From an uncultured delta proteobacterium (GTDB taxonomy: Bacteria > Myxococcota_A > Polyangia > Polyangiales > Polyangiaceae), in the NCBI GenBank assembly GCA_963841435.1, contig CAWJCS010000006.1, positions 1,568,001-1,632,000 on the forward strand: a stretch of 64,000 bases of DNA, written 5' to 3'. The position numbers and the translations under genes are program-made. Positions within the stretch are counted from its first letter, which is position 1; each line of letters opens with the position of its first letter. The notes under the pieces were generated by a model. That model ran no database searches and had not been told where the DNA came from. It worked only from the letters and a program-made list of their open reading frames with translations. Below, in pieces: positions 11,717 to 21,600 of this stretch.

Positions 11717-12656
11717 TCAGCCGGCGCTCTTCAGGGCGCCGAGCACCACCTCGGGGGGCAGCGCCGTGCGGAGCGAGATCGAGCGGCCGACGGCCGTGAC
11801 AGTCGTCGCCTGAGCCGCCCTTGCGACGCCGCCGTCACCCGCGGCGGCGACCACCCGGATGCGCTCGACCAGCTCCTCTGCGCGCAGGGCCTGCTCGGCC
11901 GTTTCGAGCTCCAGCGCCACGTCGAGCCGTACACCGTTTGCCTCGGGCTCGACCACGCCCTCGATGCGACGCGCGGCGCCGAGCACCTTCGAAAGCATCG
12001 GCGCCTTCGGCGCGAGCGCCTCGCGGACGCCCCGAAGCCGCGCGGCGAAGGCGACGAGCCCGCGCGCGGGCGGGCACAGCGGGCTCGCGGGAAGCCGCCC
12101 GTCGAGCACGGCCTCGACGCTGTCGATCTCCGCTTCCGAAACGACGACCATCCGTGTGTCGGAAAAGGCGTAGACGCGCGCCGGGCTCGAGCGAGGGCCG
12201 CTCGCCGGCCGCTGCCAGTAGCGCACGTCGCCCCCGAGAATCGATGCTCGTTCCCCAGCTCGCAGGTGCGCGCTCGAAGCTGCCGAACTGTCCCTCGAGC
12301 GCGAGCACCGTGTCCGGACCACCGCGGTCGAGGTCGGCACGCGCGGCGAGCACGGCGACGTCCGCTCGAGCGAGGGCGGCACCGACGAGCTCGCCTTCGT
12401 CCATCGAGCCCGTGCCGCGCGACGCGAGCTCGAGCGTCAGGCCCAGCGCCACGGGGCCGAGCGCCGCACGGATCCGTCCTAGATCGACGCGGACGACGAG
12501 GTCCAGATCGGGCGGAACGACGTCCTCGGGGCGCTCGATGCCGGGCGCCTGCGGTGGCGGCCCGATGGCGGGCGCACAGCCGAGCGGTAGCGAGACCAAA
12601 AGGAGCCCGAGCTTTGCCGCCGCGCGCCGGTCGAGCCGACTGCGGGCACGCGTCAC
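11717..12656 (-). CDS. Lipoprotein of unknown function (DUF3352-like by eye); +1 frameshift near 12240
   Basis: Lipobox LPLGC in ORF 11835..12656; continues as LGGDVRYWQ in ORF 11717..12382 after removing one base; start overlaps the cmk stop. Confidence 0.7.
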
Positions 12657-13363
12657 GGGGCCGCCAGGCGGGCTTCGGCGTCGCGCACCCGAGCGACGAT
12701 GCGTCGGACCACCTCGTCGATGTCGATTCCCGAGCTGTCGATGACGACCGCGTCGGCGGCCTGAACGAGCGGCGCGATGGGGCGCGTGCTGTCGCGTCGA
12801 TCACGCTCGACGACGTCGCTCCGGACGGCCGCGATGTCCGCCTGCTGCCCGGCGCGCACGAGCTGCTCGTAGCGGCGACGCGCGCGCTCCTCGACGCTCG
12901 CCGTGAGAAACAGCTTCACCTCGGCGTCGGGAAACACGACGCTACCGATGTCGCGGCCTTCGAGCACGACCCCCCCGCCGCGCCCCGCCGCGCGCTGCAA
13001 TTCGAGCAGCGCGGCGCGGACGCGCGGCTGCGCCGACACCTTGCTCGCGCCCTGGCCCAGCTCCTGGGTGCGGATCGCCTGGCTCACGTCCTCCCCGTCG
13101 AAAAGGACACGCACGGCCCCGTCCCCGCGGTCCTCGAGCCGCACGGCGCCGCGGGCGACGAGCGCCTCGGCAAGCGCGCCGATACTCGGTGCGTCGTCGA
13201 AATCCAGCCCGCCGCGCTGCGCGGCAAGCGCCACGGCACGGTAGAGCGCCCCGGTGTCGACGAGCAGGTAGCCGAGCTCGCGCGCGACGCGGCCCGTGAC
13301 CGTCGATTTCCCCGCGCCCGCGGGGCCGTCGATGGCGACGACGGGACGACGGCGCAGGCTCAC
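12653..13363 (-). CDS. cmk: Cytidylate kinase
   Basis: VAIDGPAGAGKST, DTGALYR, VLEGRDIGSVVFPDA, RDRRDSTR. Confidence 0.97.
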   Translation of the reverse strand: MSLRRRPVVAIDGPAGAGKSTVTGRVARELGYLLVDTGALYRAVALAAQRGGLDFDDAPSIGALAEALVARGAVRLEDRGDGAVRVLFDGEDVSQAIRTQELGQGASKVSAQPRVRAALLELQRAAGRGGGVVLEGRDIGSVVFPDAEVKLFLTASVEERARRRYEQLVRAGQQADIAAVRSDVVERDRRDSTRPIAPLVQAADAVVIDSSGIDIDEVVRRIVARVRDAEARLAAP

Positions 13364-14715
13364 CGCCTCACCTCGATGTCCGCGCCGAGCGAGCGCAACG
13401 TGCCCACGAAGCGCGGAAAGCTCACGGCGAGCGCATCGGCGTTCTCGATGACGCTGTCACCGTCGGCGAGTAGCGCGAGGACCGTTGCCGTCATGGCGAG
13501 TCGGTGATCGCCGCCGCTCGAAACCCGGGCCGCCGTGAGCGGTCGTTCGGGCCGGCCCTCGATCACGAGCCCGTCGGAGCGCTGCTCCACGCCCACGCCG
13601 AACGCCCGGAGCAGCTCGCACAGCGCCGGGAGCCGGTCGGGACGGTCGTCGCTGGGCGCCGCGGTGTCCACGATGGCGCTCGTGCCGCGCGCCCGCGCAA
13701 ACAGCGCGCAGAGCGCCGGGATCTCGTCGCGAGCGCGCTCGACGAGCTCGCCACCGAGCGTGATCCCGCGGAGCACCGAGCCGCGCGCCGTGACGTCGCC
13801 GAACGGCTCGCCGAGCGAGGAGCCCGTTGGGGTGATCCCCGTGCGACCTCCCGCGAGCCGGATCACCTCCAGGATGCCCGAGCGCGTCGGGTTCAGTCCC
13901 GTGCGGCGCGCCGTCACGTGACTGTCGGGAACGATCTGCGCGGCGACGAGCAGGAACGCCGCGGCCGACAGATCGCCGGGCACGTCGAGCTCGAACCCCG
14001 GTATCGCGAGCGGATCGGCCGGCGGGTGGAGGCTCACGATCGAGCCGGCCGTCGAAAGCGGCATGCCGAGCGCGGAGAGCAGTCGCTCCGTATGATCGCG
14101 GGAAATGACGGGCTCGTCGATGAGCGTCGGGCCCGAAGCGAAGAGTCCGGACAGAAGCAGCGCGCCCTTGGCGTGATCGTTGGCGCTCGCGAGTCGATGC
14201 TCGAGCGGGGCGAGCCTTTGTCCCTGCTCGAGCCCCGCGCTGTTGATCGGGGCCGTTTCGTCGTCGCTCGCGTCGTCGCGCACCCCGGCCAGGCGCGCGC
14301 CGCGCTGCCGCAACGGGTCGAGCACGCTGCGCATGCCGAGACCGTGTAGCCGCTCGTGTCCGTCGAGACGCGACGGGAACGGCTGCCCAGAAAGCACACC
14401 ACACAAGAGCCTGAGGCAGGTGGGCGAGCGACCGCAGTCGAGCGGCTCCCGTGGAGCCTCGAGCCCCGCGAGACCGACGCCGCGGAGCTTGATGGTCCCG
14501 TGGCCGTCGTCGGAGTGACGCACGCCGAGCGCTCCGAGCGCTCCGAGCGTCTTCAGATTGTCCGTGCCGTAGCCGAAGCCGCGGATCTCGGACGGGCCGT
14601 TGGACAGCGCGGCGAGCACGAGCGCGCGATGCGTGATGCTGCGGTCGCTCGGGACCGGCACGCTGCCACGAAGCGGCTTCTTTTGGGGTCGAACGAGCAG
14701 CGTCGGTGCGTTCAT
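13360..14715 (-). CDS. aroA: EPSP synthase (AroA) homologue with a degenerate active site
   Basis: Fold motifs SRDHTERLL, VPGDLSAAAF, LNPTRSG, DEIP, DHRLAM, SFPRF and position next to cmk; several catalytic residues are substituted (see findings). Confidence 0.88.
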   Translation of the reverse strand: MNAPTLLVRPQKKPLRGSVPVPSDRSITHRALVLAALSNGPSEIRGFGYGTDNLKTLGALGALGVRHSDDGHGTIKLRGVGLAGLEAPREPLDCGRSPTCLRLLCGVLSGQPFPSRLDGHERLHGLGMRSVLDPLRQRGARLAGVRDDASDDETAPINSAGLEQGQRLAPLEHRLASANDHAKGALLLSGLFASGPTLIDEPVISRDHTERLLSALGMPLSTAGSIVSLHPPADPLAIPGFELDVPGDLSAAAFLLVAAQIVPDSHVTARRTGLNPTRSGILEVIRLAGGRTGITPTGSSLGEPFGDVTARGSVLRGITLGGELVERARDEIPALCALFARARGTSAIVDTAAPSDDRPDRLPALCELLRAFGVGVEQRSDGLVIEGRPERPLTAARVSSGGDHRLAMTATVLALLADGDSVIENADALAVSFPRFVGTLRSLGADIEVRR

Positions 14716-15695
14716 CCGCTTGAGCCCACGAGGGCGTCGAGGCGTTCGAGCAGCGCCCCGACGGCAACGCCGTCGAACGCGCCGACGAACGAGACTTCAC
14801 TCCCCTTCGGCTGCGCTTCGAGCTTGCGAATGGGCTGCCCGATGCCGAAGAGGGCGAGAATCGTCGAATAGCGCTCGACCGAACCCCGGAGAACCAAGAG
14901 ATTCTGGGCGCCGCGCGTCGCCGCGGCCTCGTCCTCGTAGCTCAGCGTTCCCGCGACGTTCAGCCCCGGGTCCTCGAAGTTGCCGAGCAGGGACATCGTC
15001 TTCAACCCGTCGAGGAACGCGAGCTGCCGGCGCGCGGCGTCCGGCAGAGGGCTCGCCGTGAGATCGACGCCGGCGACGAGCGGTGCTTTCGGCTCGACGA
15101 AGAGCGTCGCCATGTTGGGCGGGAGCTGGCGTCGCGTGCGCCCCTCCTCGATGCGATCCAGCGCACGGCGCATGCCGATGTCGTTGCCGCAGAGCGCCGT
15201 CTTTGCCGTGAGCACGCTAAAGCCCGTGGGACCCGCCGTGTAGAGCGCGCGCCCGGCATAGCTCGATTTCGTGAGCGGCACGCCGAGCGGCGTCAACGTG
15301 ACGCCGTCCGCGGCGGTCTCGATCTTCTCGCGATCGAAGCGCCCCACGGCGACACCGGCCGTGTCGGCGCCTTGCATGGAGTAGATGCCAACCCAGGCGC
15401 GCTCGAGGTCGCGGCGCGGGTCGAAGTCGGCCGAGGGCGGGACCGGCACGCGCTTCTGCGCGAGAGCATAGAGCTTTTCGGCGTAGCGCGAGGCGAACGC
15501 CGCGCGCGCATCGAGGTAGATCACGCCGACGGCCGAGCCCGGCAGAAGCCGCAGCGGATCGGAATCGATTTCACCTTCGGTGAGCTTCTTGTCGGCACCC
15601 GTCTTGACGATGACGTCGTCCTGGTGCGAGCAAGCGCTCGCGAGCGCCGTGACCGAGAGCGCCGCCAGGACCTCGCGACGACGAAGCCGCGTCAC
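14712..15695 (-). CDS. Lipoprotein of unknown function (possible Tat signal; DUF3352-like by eye)
   Basis: GTG 15695 overlaps the hisC stop; RRREVL..LASAC signal/lipobox; LLPGSAVGVIYLD...RDLERAW...GRFD. Confidence 0.75.
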   Translation of the reverse strand: MTRLRRREVLAALSVTALASACSHQDDVIVKTGADKKLTEGEIDSDPLRLLPGSAVGVIYLDARAAFASRYAEKLYALAQKRVPVPPSADFDPRRDLERAWVGIYSMQGADTAGVAVGRFDREKIETAADGVTLTPLGVPLTKSSYAGRALYTAGPTGFSVLTAKTALCGNDIGMRRALDRIEEGRTRRQLPPNMATLFVEPKAPLVAGVDLTASPLPDAARRQLAFLDGLKTMSLLGNFEDPGLNVAGTLSYEDEAAATRGAQNLLVLRGSVERYSTILALFGIGQPIRKLEAQPKGSEVSFVGAFDGVAVGALLERLDALVGSSG

Positions 15696-16774
15696 GCGAG
15701 CACCTCCGCCAGCGCCGCGAGGAAGCGGTCGTTCTCGGCGGCGAGCCCCACCGTCACGCGCAGGCCGTGTGGCACGTTGCCGAAAGGCCGCACGATGACG
15801 CCGCGCCGGAGCAGCGCGTCGTAGACGGGGCGCGCGGGGCGATCGAGCTCGATGAAGACGAAATTGGCCTGGCTCGGCGCCACGCGCACGCCGAGCCCCT
15901 CGAGCGCGGCGCTCAAGCGGGCGCGCTCCGCCGTGTTGTGCCGCGCGCTCTTCTCGACGTGCTCGCGATCGCCGAGCGCGGCCAGCGCGGCCGCCTGACC
16001 CGGGCCCGTCACGTTGAAGGGGGCACGCACGCGGTTCATGTAGTCGATGAGCCGCGCCGGCCCGATGGCATAGCCGATGCGCAGCGCCGCCAGGCCGTGC
16101 GCCTTCGAGAACGTGCGCATGACGATGAGCCGCTCGCGCAGCCCTCGCAGCTCGAGACAATCGGGATAGTCACTCGCATCGGCATACTCGAAGTACGCCT
16201 CGTCCATCACGACGATGACCTCGGGGGGCACCTCGCGGAGGAAGGTCTCGACCGCCGCGCGCCCCACGTGGGTGCCCGTGGGATTGTTCGGATTCGCGAC
16301 GAACACGACGCGTGTCGCCGGGGTGACGGCGGCCGCCATCGCCGGGAGATCGTGGACGTGGTTGACGAGGGGCACCGCCGTGAACGGCACGCCGCCCGCG
16401 AGCGCCGCGAGGCGGTAGACGATGAACGCAGGCTCCGCGAACACGACGTGGTGCGCGGGCGTGCAGAAGGCTCGCACCACCAGGTCGAGGAGCTCGTTCG
16501 AGCCGCCGCCCTGGAGCACCTCCCCGAGCGCGACGCCGTGGTGGTCGGCGAGCCCGCGGCGGAGCGCGTACGCGGCGCCGTCCGGATAGCGATTGAGGGA
16601 GCCGAGGGCCTCGCGAGCGGCAGCGATCGCCTTCGGGCTCGCGCCGAGCGGGTTCTCGTTGGAGGCGAGCTTGACGGCGCCGGTGACGCCGAGCTCGCGA
16701 GCGAGCTCCTCGATGGGCTTACCACCTTCGTAGGGAACCAGGAGCTCGATCGACGGGGTGACGAGGGACGACAT
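15692..16774 (-). CDS. hisC: Histidinol-phosphate/aromatic aminotransferase
   Basis: KLASNENPLG, NPNNPTG, DEAYFEY, RTFSKAHGLAALRIG with the PLP lysine intact. Confidence 0.96.
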   Translation of the reverse strand: MSSLVTPSIELLVPYEGGKPIEELARELGVTGAVKLASNENPLGASPKAIAAAREALGSLNRYPDGAAYALRRGLADHHGVALGEVLQGGGSNELLDLVVRAFCTPAHHVVFAEPAFIVYRLAALAGGVPFTAVPLVNHVHDLPAMAAAVTPATRVVFVANPNNPTGTHVGRAAVETFLREVPPEVIVVMDEAYFEYADASDYPDCLELRGLRERLIVMRTFSKAHGLAALRIGYAIGPARLIDYMNRVRAPFNVTGPGQAAALAALGDREHVEKSARHNTAERARLSAALEGLGVRVAPSQANFVFIELDRPARPVYDALLRRGVIVRPFGNVPHGLRVTVGLAAENDRFLAALAEVLA

Positions 16775-16916
16775 GGGCTGACAGCGAATGAAGCGTAGCG
16801 CCTGGCGACACACCGAACCGCGATCGAGGCCCGCCGGCAGCAGGCGCCGCGCGTTTAGCCTTGCCCGGCACGCGGCGTCGCGTCAACCGAGCGGGCCGAC
16901 CGCGGCCACGCCGCGC

Positions 16917-17987
16917 TCAGGCCGTACCGACGGGACAGGAGCCGAGCACCTTGAGGTACCGGGTGGCCCGCTTGATGGCTTCGAGCGCAGTCGTGACGGA
17001 GCGGTCCGTCACGTGGGCGCTCAGCTCGACATAAAAGACGTAGTCCCAGCGGCCGTCGGGGACGGGCCGTGACTGCAACTTGCGCAGGTTGACCCCGCGC
17101 TCCGCGAAATGCTTGAGGACGCCGAACAGCGACCCGGGCGAATCGTCGACGCTGAAAAGCAGGCAGGTCACGTCGCTGCCCGTGCGGCTGGCCGGGCGTG
17201 CGGCCGCAATGGCGTAGCGCATCCTCAGATCCGGCTCGTCACCGACGTTGGCGCGCCGGCTGTCGAGCCCGCCGTTGCGACCGACGCGCTCTGGCACGAT
17301 GGCGGCCGAGGCGCGCTCCTCGCGCGTGAGCTCCGCGGCCACGACCGGCGAGCGCACGTCGATGATGCTCGCGCGTGGGAGCTCCGCATCGAGGAACCGC
17401 TGGCAAGCGGCGAGCCCCACCGCCGTTCCGTAGACCTTCTCGATCTCGGTCACGTCGCCGCGCGCCATCAAGTGATAGGCGGCCGGCGTCACACGCTCCC
17501 CCACCATCACGAGCTCCGTTTCGGAGAGCGCCGTCACGGACGGCTGCACGAGCCCATCGACGGACGACTCGAAGGGAAGCACGGCGAACGTGGCTCGCCC
17601 GCGCACCACCTCGTCGAGCGCCTCGCGGACGCCTGCCGCGGCGAACGTCGTCGCCGTGGCGCCGAAGTGAGCGAGCGCCGTTTCGTTGCCGAACCCTCCC
17701 TCCGGCCCGACGTAGGCCACCTTCGCCGGCTGCTCGATGGCGCGCGCGGCAGCCCGCACGCTCCCGAGGACGGCGCGCAGGCTCTCCTTCGGCATGTCGC
17801 CCGAGGAGGCCGCCACGAGACCTTCCATCCATTCACGCTCTCCGACGTCGATGCTCAGCTCGGCAGGTGCGTGGCTCGCGATGCCGCGCGAGATGCGCGC
17901 ACGCGCGTCGAGCCGCTCGACGATCTCGCGGTCGAGTGCCGCGAGTTGTTCGCGCAGGTTCGACATCTCGCGCCGCGCGTCGGTCAT
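16917..17987 (-). CDS. pheA: P-protein homologue (chorismate mutase - prephenate dehydratase - ACT) with degenerate motifs
   Basis: LREQLAALDREI (CM), VAYVGPEG (PDT), PGSLFGVLKHFAERGVNLRKLQSRP..WDYVFYVE (ACT); sits upstream of hisC. Confidence 0.88.
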   Translation of the reverse strand: MTDARREMSNLREQLAALDREIVERLDARARISRGIASHAPAELSIDVGEREWMEGLVAASSGDMPKESLRAVLGSVRAAARAIEQPAKVAYVGPEGGFGNETALAHFGATATTFAAAGVREALDEVVRGRATFAVLPFESSVDGLVQPSVTALSETELVMVGERVTPAAYHLMARGDVTEIEKVYGTAVGLAACQRFLDAELPRASIIDVRSPVVAAELTREERASAAIVPERVGRNGGLDSRRANVGDEPDLRMRYAIAAARPASRTGSDVTCLLFSVDDSPGSLFGVLKHFAERGVNLRKLQSRPVPDGRWDYVFYVELSAHVTDRSVTTALEAIKRATRYLKVLGSCPVGTA

Positions 17988-17994
17988 GCGCGCC

Positions 17995-18381
17995 TCAAGC
18001 CGCCGCGCCGGACGGCTTCGTCCCCGCCTTCTTGTCGCCGCCGCTCGAGGACTTGTCGCCGCCGCTCGAAGACCCCGAGTCGGAAGTCTTCGCCGGGGTC
18101 GCTTCCGTGCCCGTGCTCTTCGAGCTCGAGTCCGCCTTGTTGGGTTCGGCGCTCTTGGCGTTGCTGTCGCCCGCGGCGGGCTCGCTGCTCTTCTTCTGCG
18201 GGCTGCCGTACAGATCCGCGTACCAACCACCGCCCTTGAGAATGAAGCCCGCACCACCCGACACCTGGCGCTTCGCCGTCTCGGCGTGACAGCTTGGGCA
18301 TTCGGTGAGGGCCTTCGCGCTGATGGGCTGCTCTGCTTCCCAAGCATGGCCGCAGGCCGTGCAGACGTACTCGTAGGTCAT
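17995..18381 (-). CDS. FmdB-family zinc-ribbon protein with a low-complexity tail
   Basis: MTYEYVCTACGH...CPSC...GFILKGGGWYADLY. Confidence 0.9.
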   Translation of the reverse strand: MTYEYVCTACGHAWEAEQPISAKALTECPSCHAETAKRQVSGGAGFILKGGGWYADLYGSPQKKSSEPAAGDSNAKSAEPNKADSSSKSTGTEATPAKTSDSGSSSGGDKSSSGGDKKAGTKPSGAAA

Positions 18382-18455
18382 GGCTTTTCGTCCCGGTCTC
18401 AATTTCCAATGCGTTCGGTTCTCCCCCCTGTCAACCTCGGGGCCACGTTCTGGCA

Positions 18456-18471
18456 CTGAACAGGATAGCAG
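18456..18471. promoter_or_regulatory. Putative LexA (SOS) box between fmdB and smc
   Basis: CTGAACAGGATAGCAG, same CTGAACA-N6-CAG pattern as the boxes before dnaE2 and imuA; weaker site GTGCGCATCCGTTCAG at 18514-18529. Confidence 0.55.
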
Positions 18472-18653
18472 CTTCTCCAAAAAAAGCGGGCGTTCGGATG
18501 CTGGAAAGGGCTTGTGCGCATCCGTTCAGCAGGGTACGAATACGATGACGCGGCGTGACGCTACATGGCGCTACGTTGCCACCGACCAGTCGGCCCGCTA
18601 GCCAAGGGCTGAGACTGCTATAGAAGAAGCTCCAGAGGCACGCGGGACACAAG

Positions 18654-21600
18654 ATGCACATCAAGAAGCTCGAGATCGCGGGATTCAAGTCGTTCGTGGA
18701 CCGAACGGCCATCCATTTCGATCACGACGTCGTCGGCATCGTCGGGCCGAACGGCTGCGGCAAGTCGAACATCGTCGATGCCATCCGTTGGTGCCTCGGT
18801 GAGCAGAGCGCCAAGCACCTGCGCGGCCGGGCCATGGAAGACGTGATCTTCAACGGCTCGGAGTCCCGCGGTCCCCACGGCCTCGCCGAGGTGACCATCA
18901 CCTTCGACAACACGAATCCCGAGTACGCCGCCACACTCCAGCCCGAGTACCGCGACTACCCCGAGATTGCGATCACGCGCCGCCTCTTCCGCGACGGGAC
19001 GAGCGAGTACCTCATCAACAAGACCCAGGTGCGCCTGCGTGACGTGACCGAGCTCTTCCTCGGTACGGGCGTCGGGACGAAGGCCTACTCGATCGTCGAG
19101 CAGGGACGCATCGGGCAGATCGTGAGCGCGCGACCCGAAGATCGGCGCTTGTTCATCGACGAGGCCGCCGGTATCACCCGCTACAAGCAGCGCCGCAAGA
19201 TGGCCGAGCGCAAGATGGATCTCACGCGCCAGAACCTCTTGCGCGTGACGGACATCGTCGGCGAAATCGACCGAAATCGAGCCTCTTTGAAGCGTCAGGT
19301 CGCCAAAGCCGAGCGCTTCCTGGAGTACCGGCGCGAGCTCGAAGATCTGGTGTTGCTCGACGCTTCGCACAAGCTGCTCGAGCTCATCGTCACCGAACGC
19401 GTGTCCGACGAAGGCCACGGCACCGCGCGAGCGGCTCACACCGCCGCCAAGACCGAGCTCTTCGAGGCCGAGGCGGTGCTCGATGCCGCGCGCGCCGAGG
19501 CCGCGGGCATCGAGGCCGCGAGCGACGAGGCCGCACGCCGCACGTTCGAGGCCGACAACGAGGTGAGCTCGCTCCAGGCCGAGCTCGAGCGTGGTCGTGA
19601 ACGACTCACGCACCTCGATCATCGCCTCATGGGCGGCAACCTCGAGCTCGAGAGCATCGTCGCCAAGGTGCAGAGCTTGCAGGCCGAGCGCGCGCAGATC
19701 TCGACGCGCGTCCAAGAGCTCGGCAGCGACGAGCGCGCTCGCGAGGCGGATGCGCTCAGCGAGACCGAAGCGCTCACGAGCTTGCAGGCCGAGGAGGCCA
19801 AGGCGACGGCCCAGGTCGCGGAGCTACGCAAGGGCGAGGGCGAGCTCGGCGCTCGAGCAGCGGCCGAGGGCGCGCGACTCGACGGCATCGTTCAGCGCCG
19901 CGACGAGGCCAGGACCCGCCGCGATCGCCTCACGGCGGAGCGCGAGAAGCTCGACGGCGAGCGCGCCGACTCGGCGGCACGGCGCCAGGCACTCGAGCGC
20001 TCCGTCGCCGAGCTCGCGGAGGGCAAGCGATTGTCCGCTTCGGACCTCGAGGGGCTGGAGCGCGAGAACGAGAGCCTGCGCTCGCGCCAGCTCGACAGCG
20101 AGCGTGCCGTCGACGCCGCGAAGAACGAGCTTTCGCTCAAGCGCAACCGTCTGCGCGCGCTCGAGGACCTGCAGCGCCGCTTCGAGGGCGTCGGCGCGGG
20201 TGCCCGCGCGCTGCTCGCCAAGGGTGACGAACGCGTCCTCGGCCTGGTCGCCGATCGCATCGAAGCGCCCGCCGAGCTCACGGCGGCCGTCGCGGGGCTG
20301 CTCGGGACGCGCCTGTCGTGCGTCGTCGTGAGCGACCGCACGGGCGGCCTCGACTTGCTCGCCGAGCTCCGTCGCGGCGAGCGGGGCCGCGCCGAGATCT
20401 TGCCGCTCCACCCTGGCTACGTCGCCGGGGGCGGTCGGCATGCGCACCTCGCGGGTCCGGGCGTGCTCGGGCCGCTCGTCGATCGACTGAGCTTTGCCGA
20501 CACGGACGACGCGCTCGTGCGCAGCCTGATCGGCGACGCCATTCTCGTCGAGACGGCGGAGCGTGCCGTCGAGCTCGCCGAGAGCGCACCGGGCGTCACC
20601 GCCGTGGCGCTCGACGGCACGGTGGTGCACCCGGACGGCGTCGTGAGCGGGGGCAGCGGCGATGACGTAGCCAGCGCCATGATCGAGCAGAAGCGCGAGA
20701 TGCACGAGCTGTTCTCGCTCGTTTCGCGCCTCGATGCCGACGCGACGCGGCTCGTCGCCGAGCACACGGCGCTCCGCGCGCGTCTCGCCGAGGTCGGCAC
20801 GGCACTCGAGCGGGCGCGGCAGTTCGTGCACGAGGGTGAGCTCGCCCAGGTGACGGCCGAGAAGGACCTCTCGCGCGCCCAGGGCGACATCGAGCGCGTC
20901 GAAGCGCGCCTCGCGGCCGTGGCGAACGAGCTCGAGGAAATCGATCGCACGCTCTCGGAAGGTGCTGCCGCCGAGGACCAGTGCCGCGCGGGACTCGACA
21001 CGCTCAGGGCCGAGCTCGGCCACGCGACGAGCGCTCTCACGCGCGCCGAGGAGACCGCAGCCGTCTGGCGCGACAAGGTTGCCGCGCAGTCCACGCTCGT
21101 CACGGAGCGTCGTGTGCGGCTTGCGCAGGTGCGCGAGCAGGCGGGCGCCGCCAAGCGCGAGGTCGAACGCATCGAAACGTCGCTCGCGGAGCTCGAGCAG
21201 CGCCGCACGGCGCTCGAGCAAGAGCTCACCGACGCGGCTCAGGCGTACGGCGAAACGGCCGGCCTGCTCGTCACGACGCGTGAAAGGCGCGGCACGGCGC
21301 AGGAGGCCGCGCGCGCCGAGCACGAGCTATTGGAGCAGGCGCGGGCCCGCCTCGAAGCGACGCGTCGCGAGCTCACCGTGAAGGAAGCCGGCCTGCGCCT
21401 GTTGCGTGACGCCCTCGAGCAGCACGATGCCGTCTGCAAGGGACACGAGCTCGAGCTGCAGCGCATCGGGCTCGAGCGACAGCACCTGCTCGGCTCGATC
21501 CGGGAGCGCTTCCGCGGGCTCGACTTGCGCCGTGTCGTCGGCGACTACCACGCGCGCCCCATGCCGGACGACGAGCAGCGCCGCCGTGTGGAGGAGCTCA

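Noticed and set aside
18382-18653. parS site or sigma-54 promoter upstream of smc
   Set aside because: No GTTTCACGTGAAAC-like palindrome; TGGCAC at 18451 lacks the GC at the -12 position
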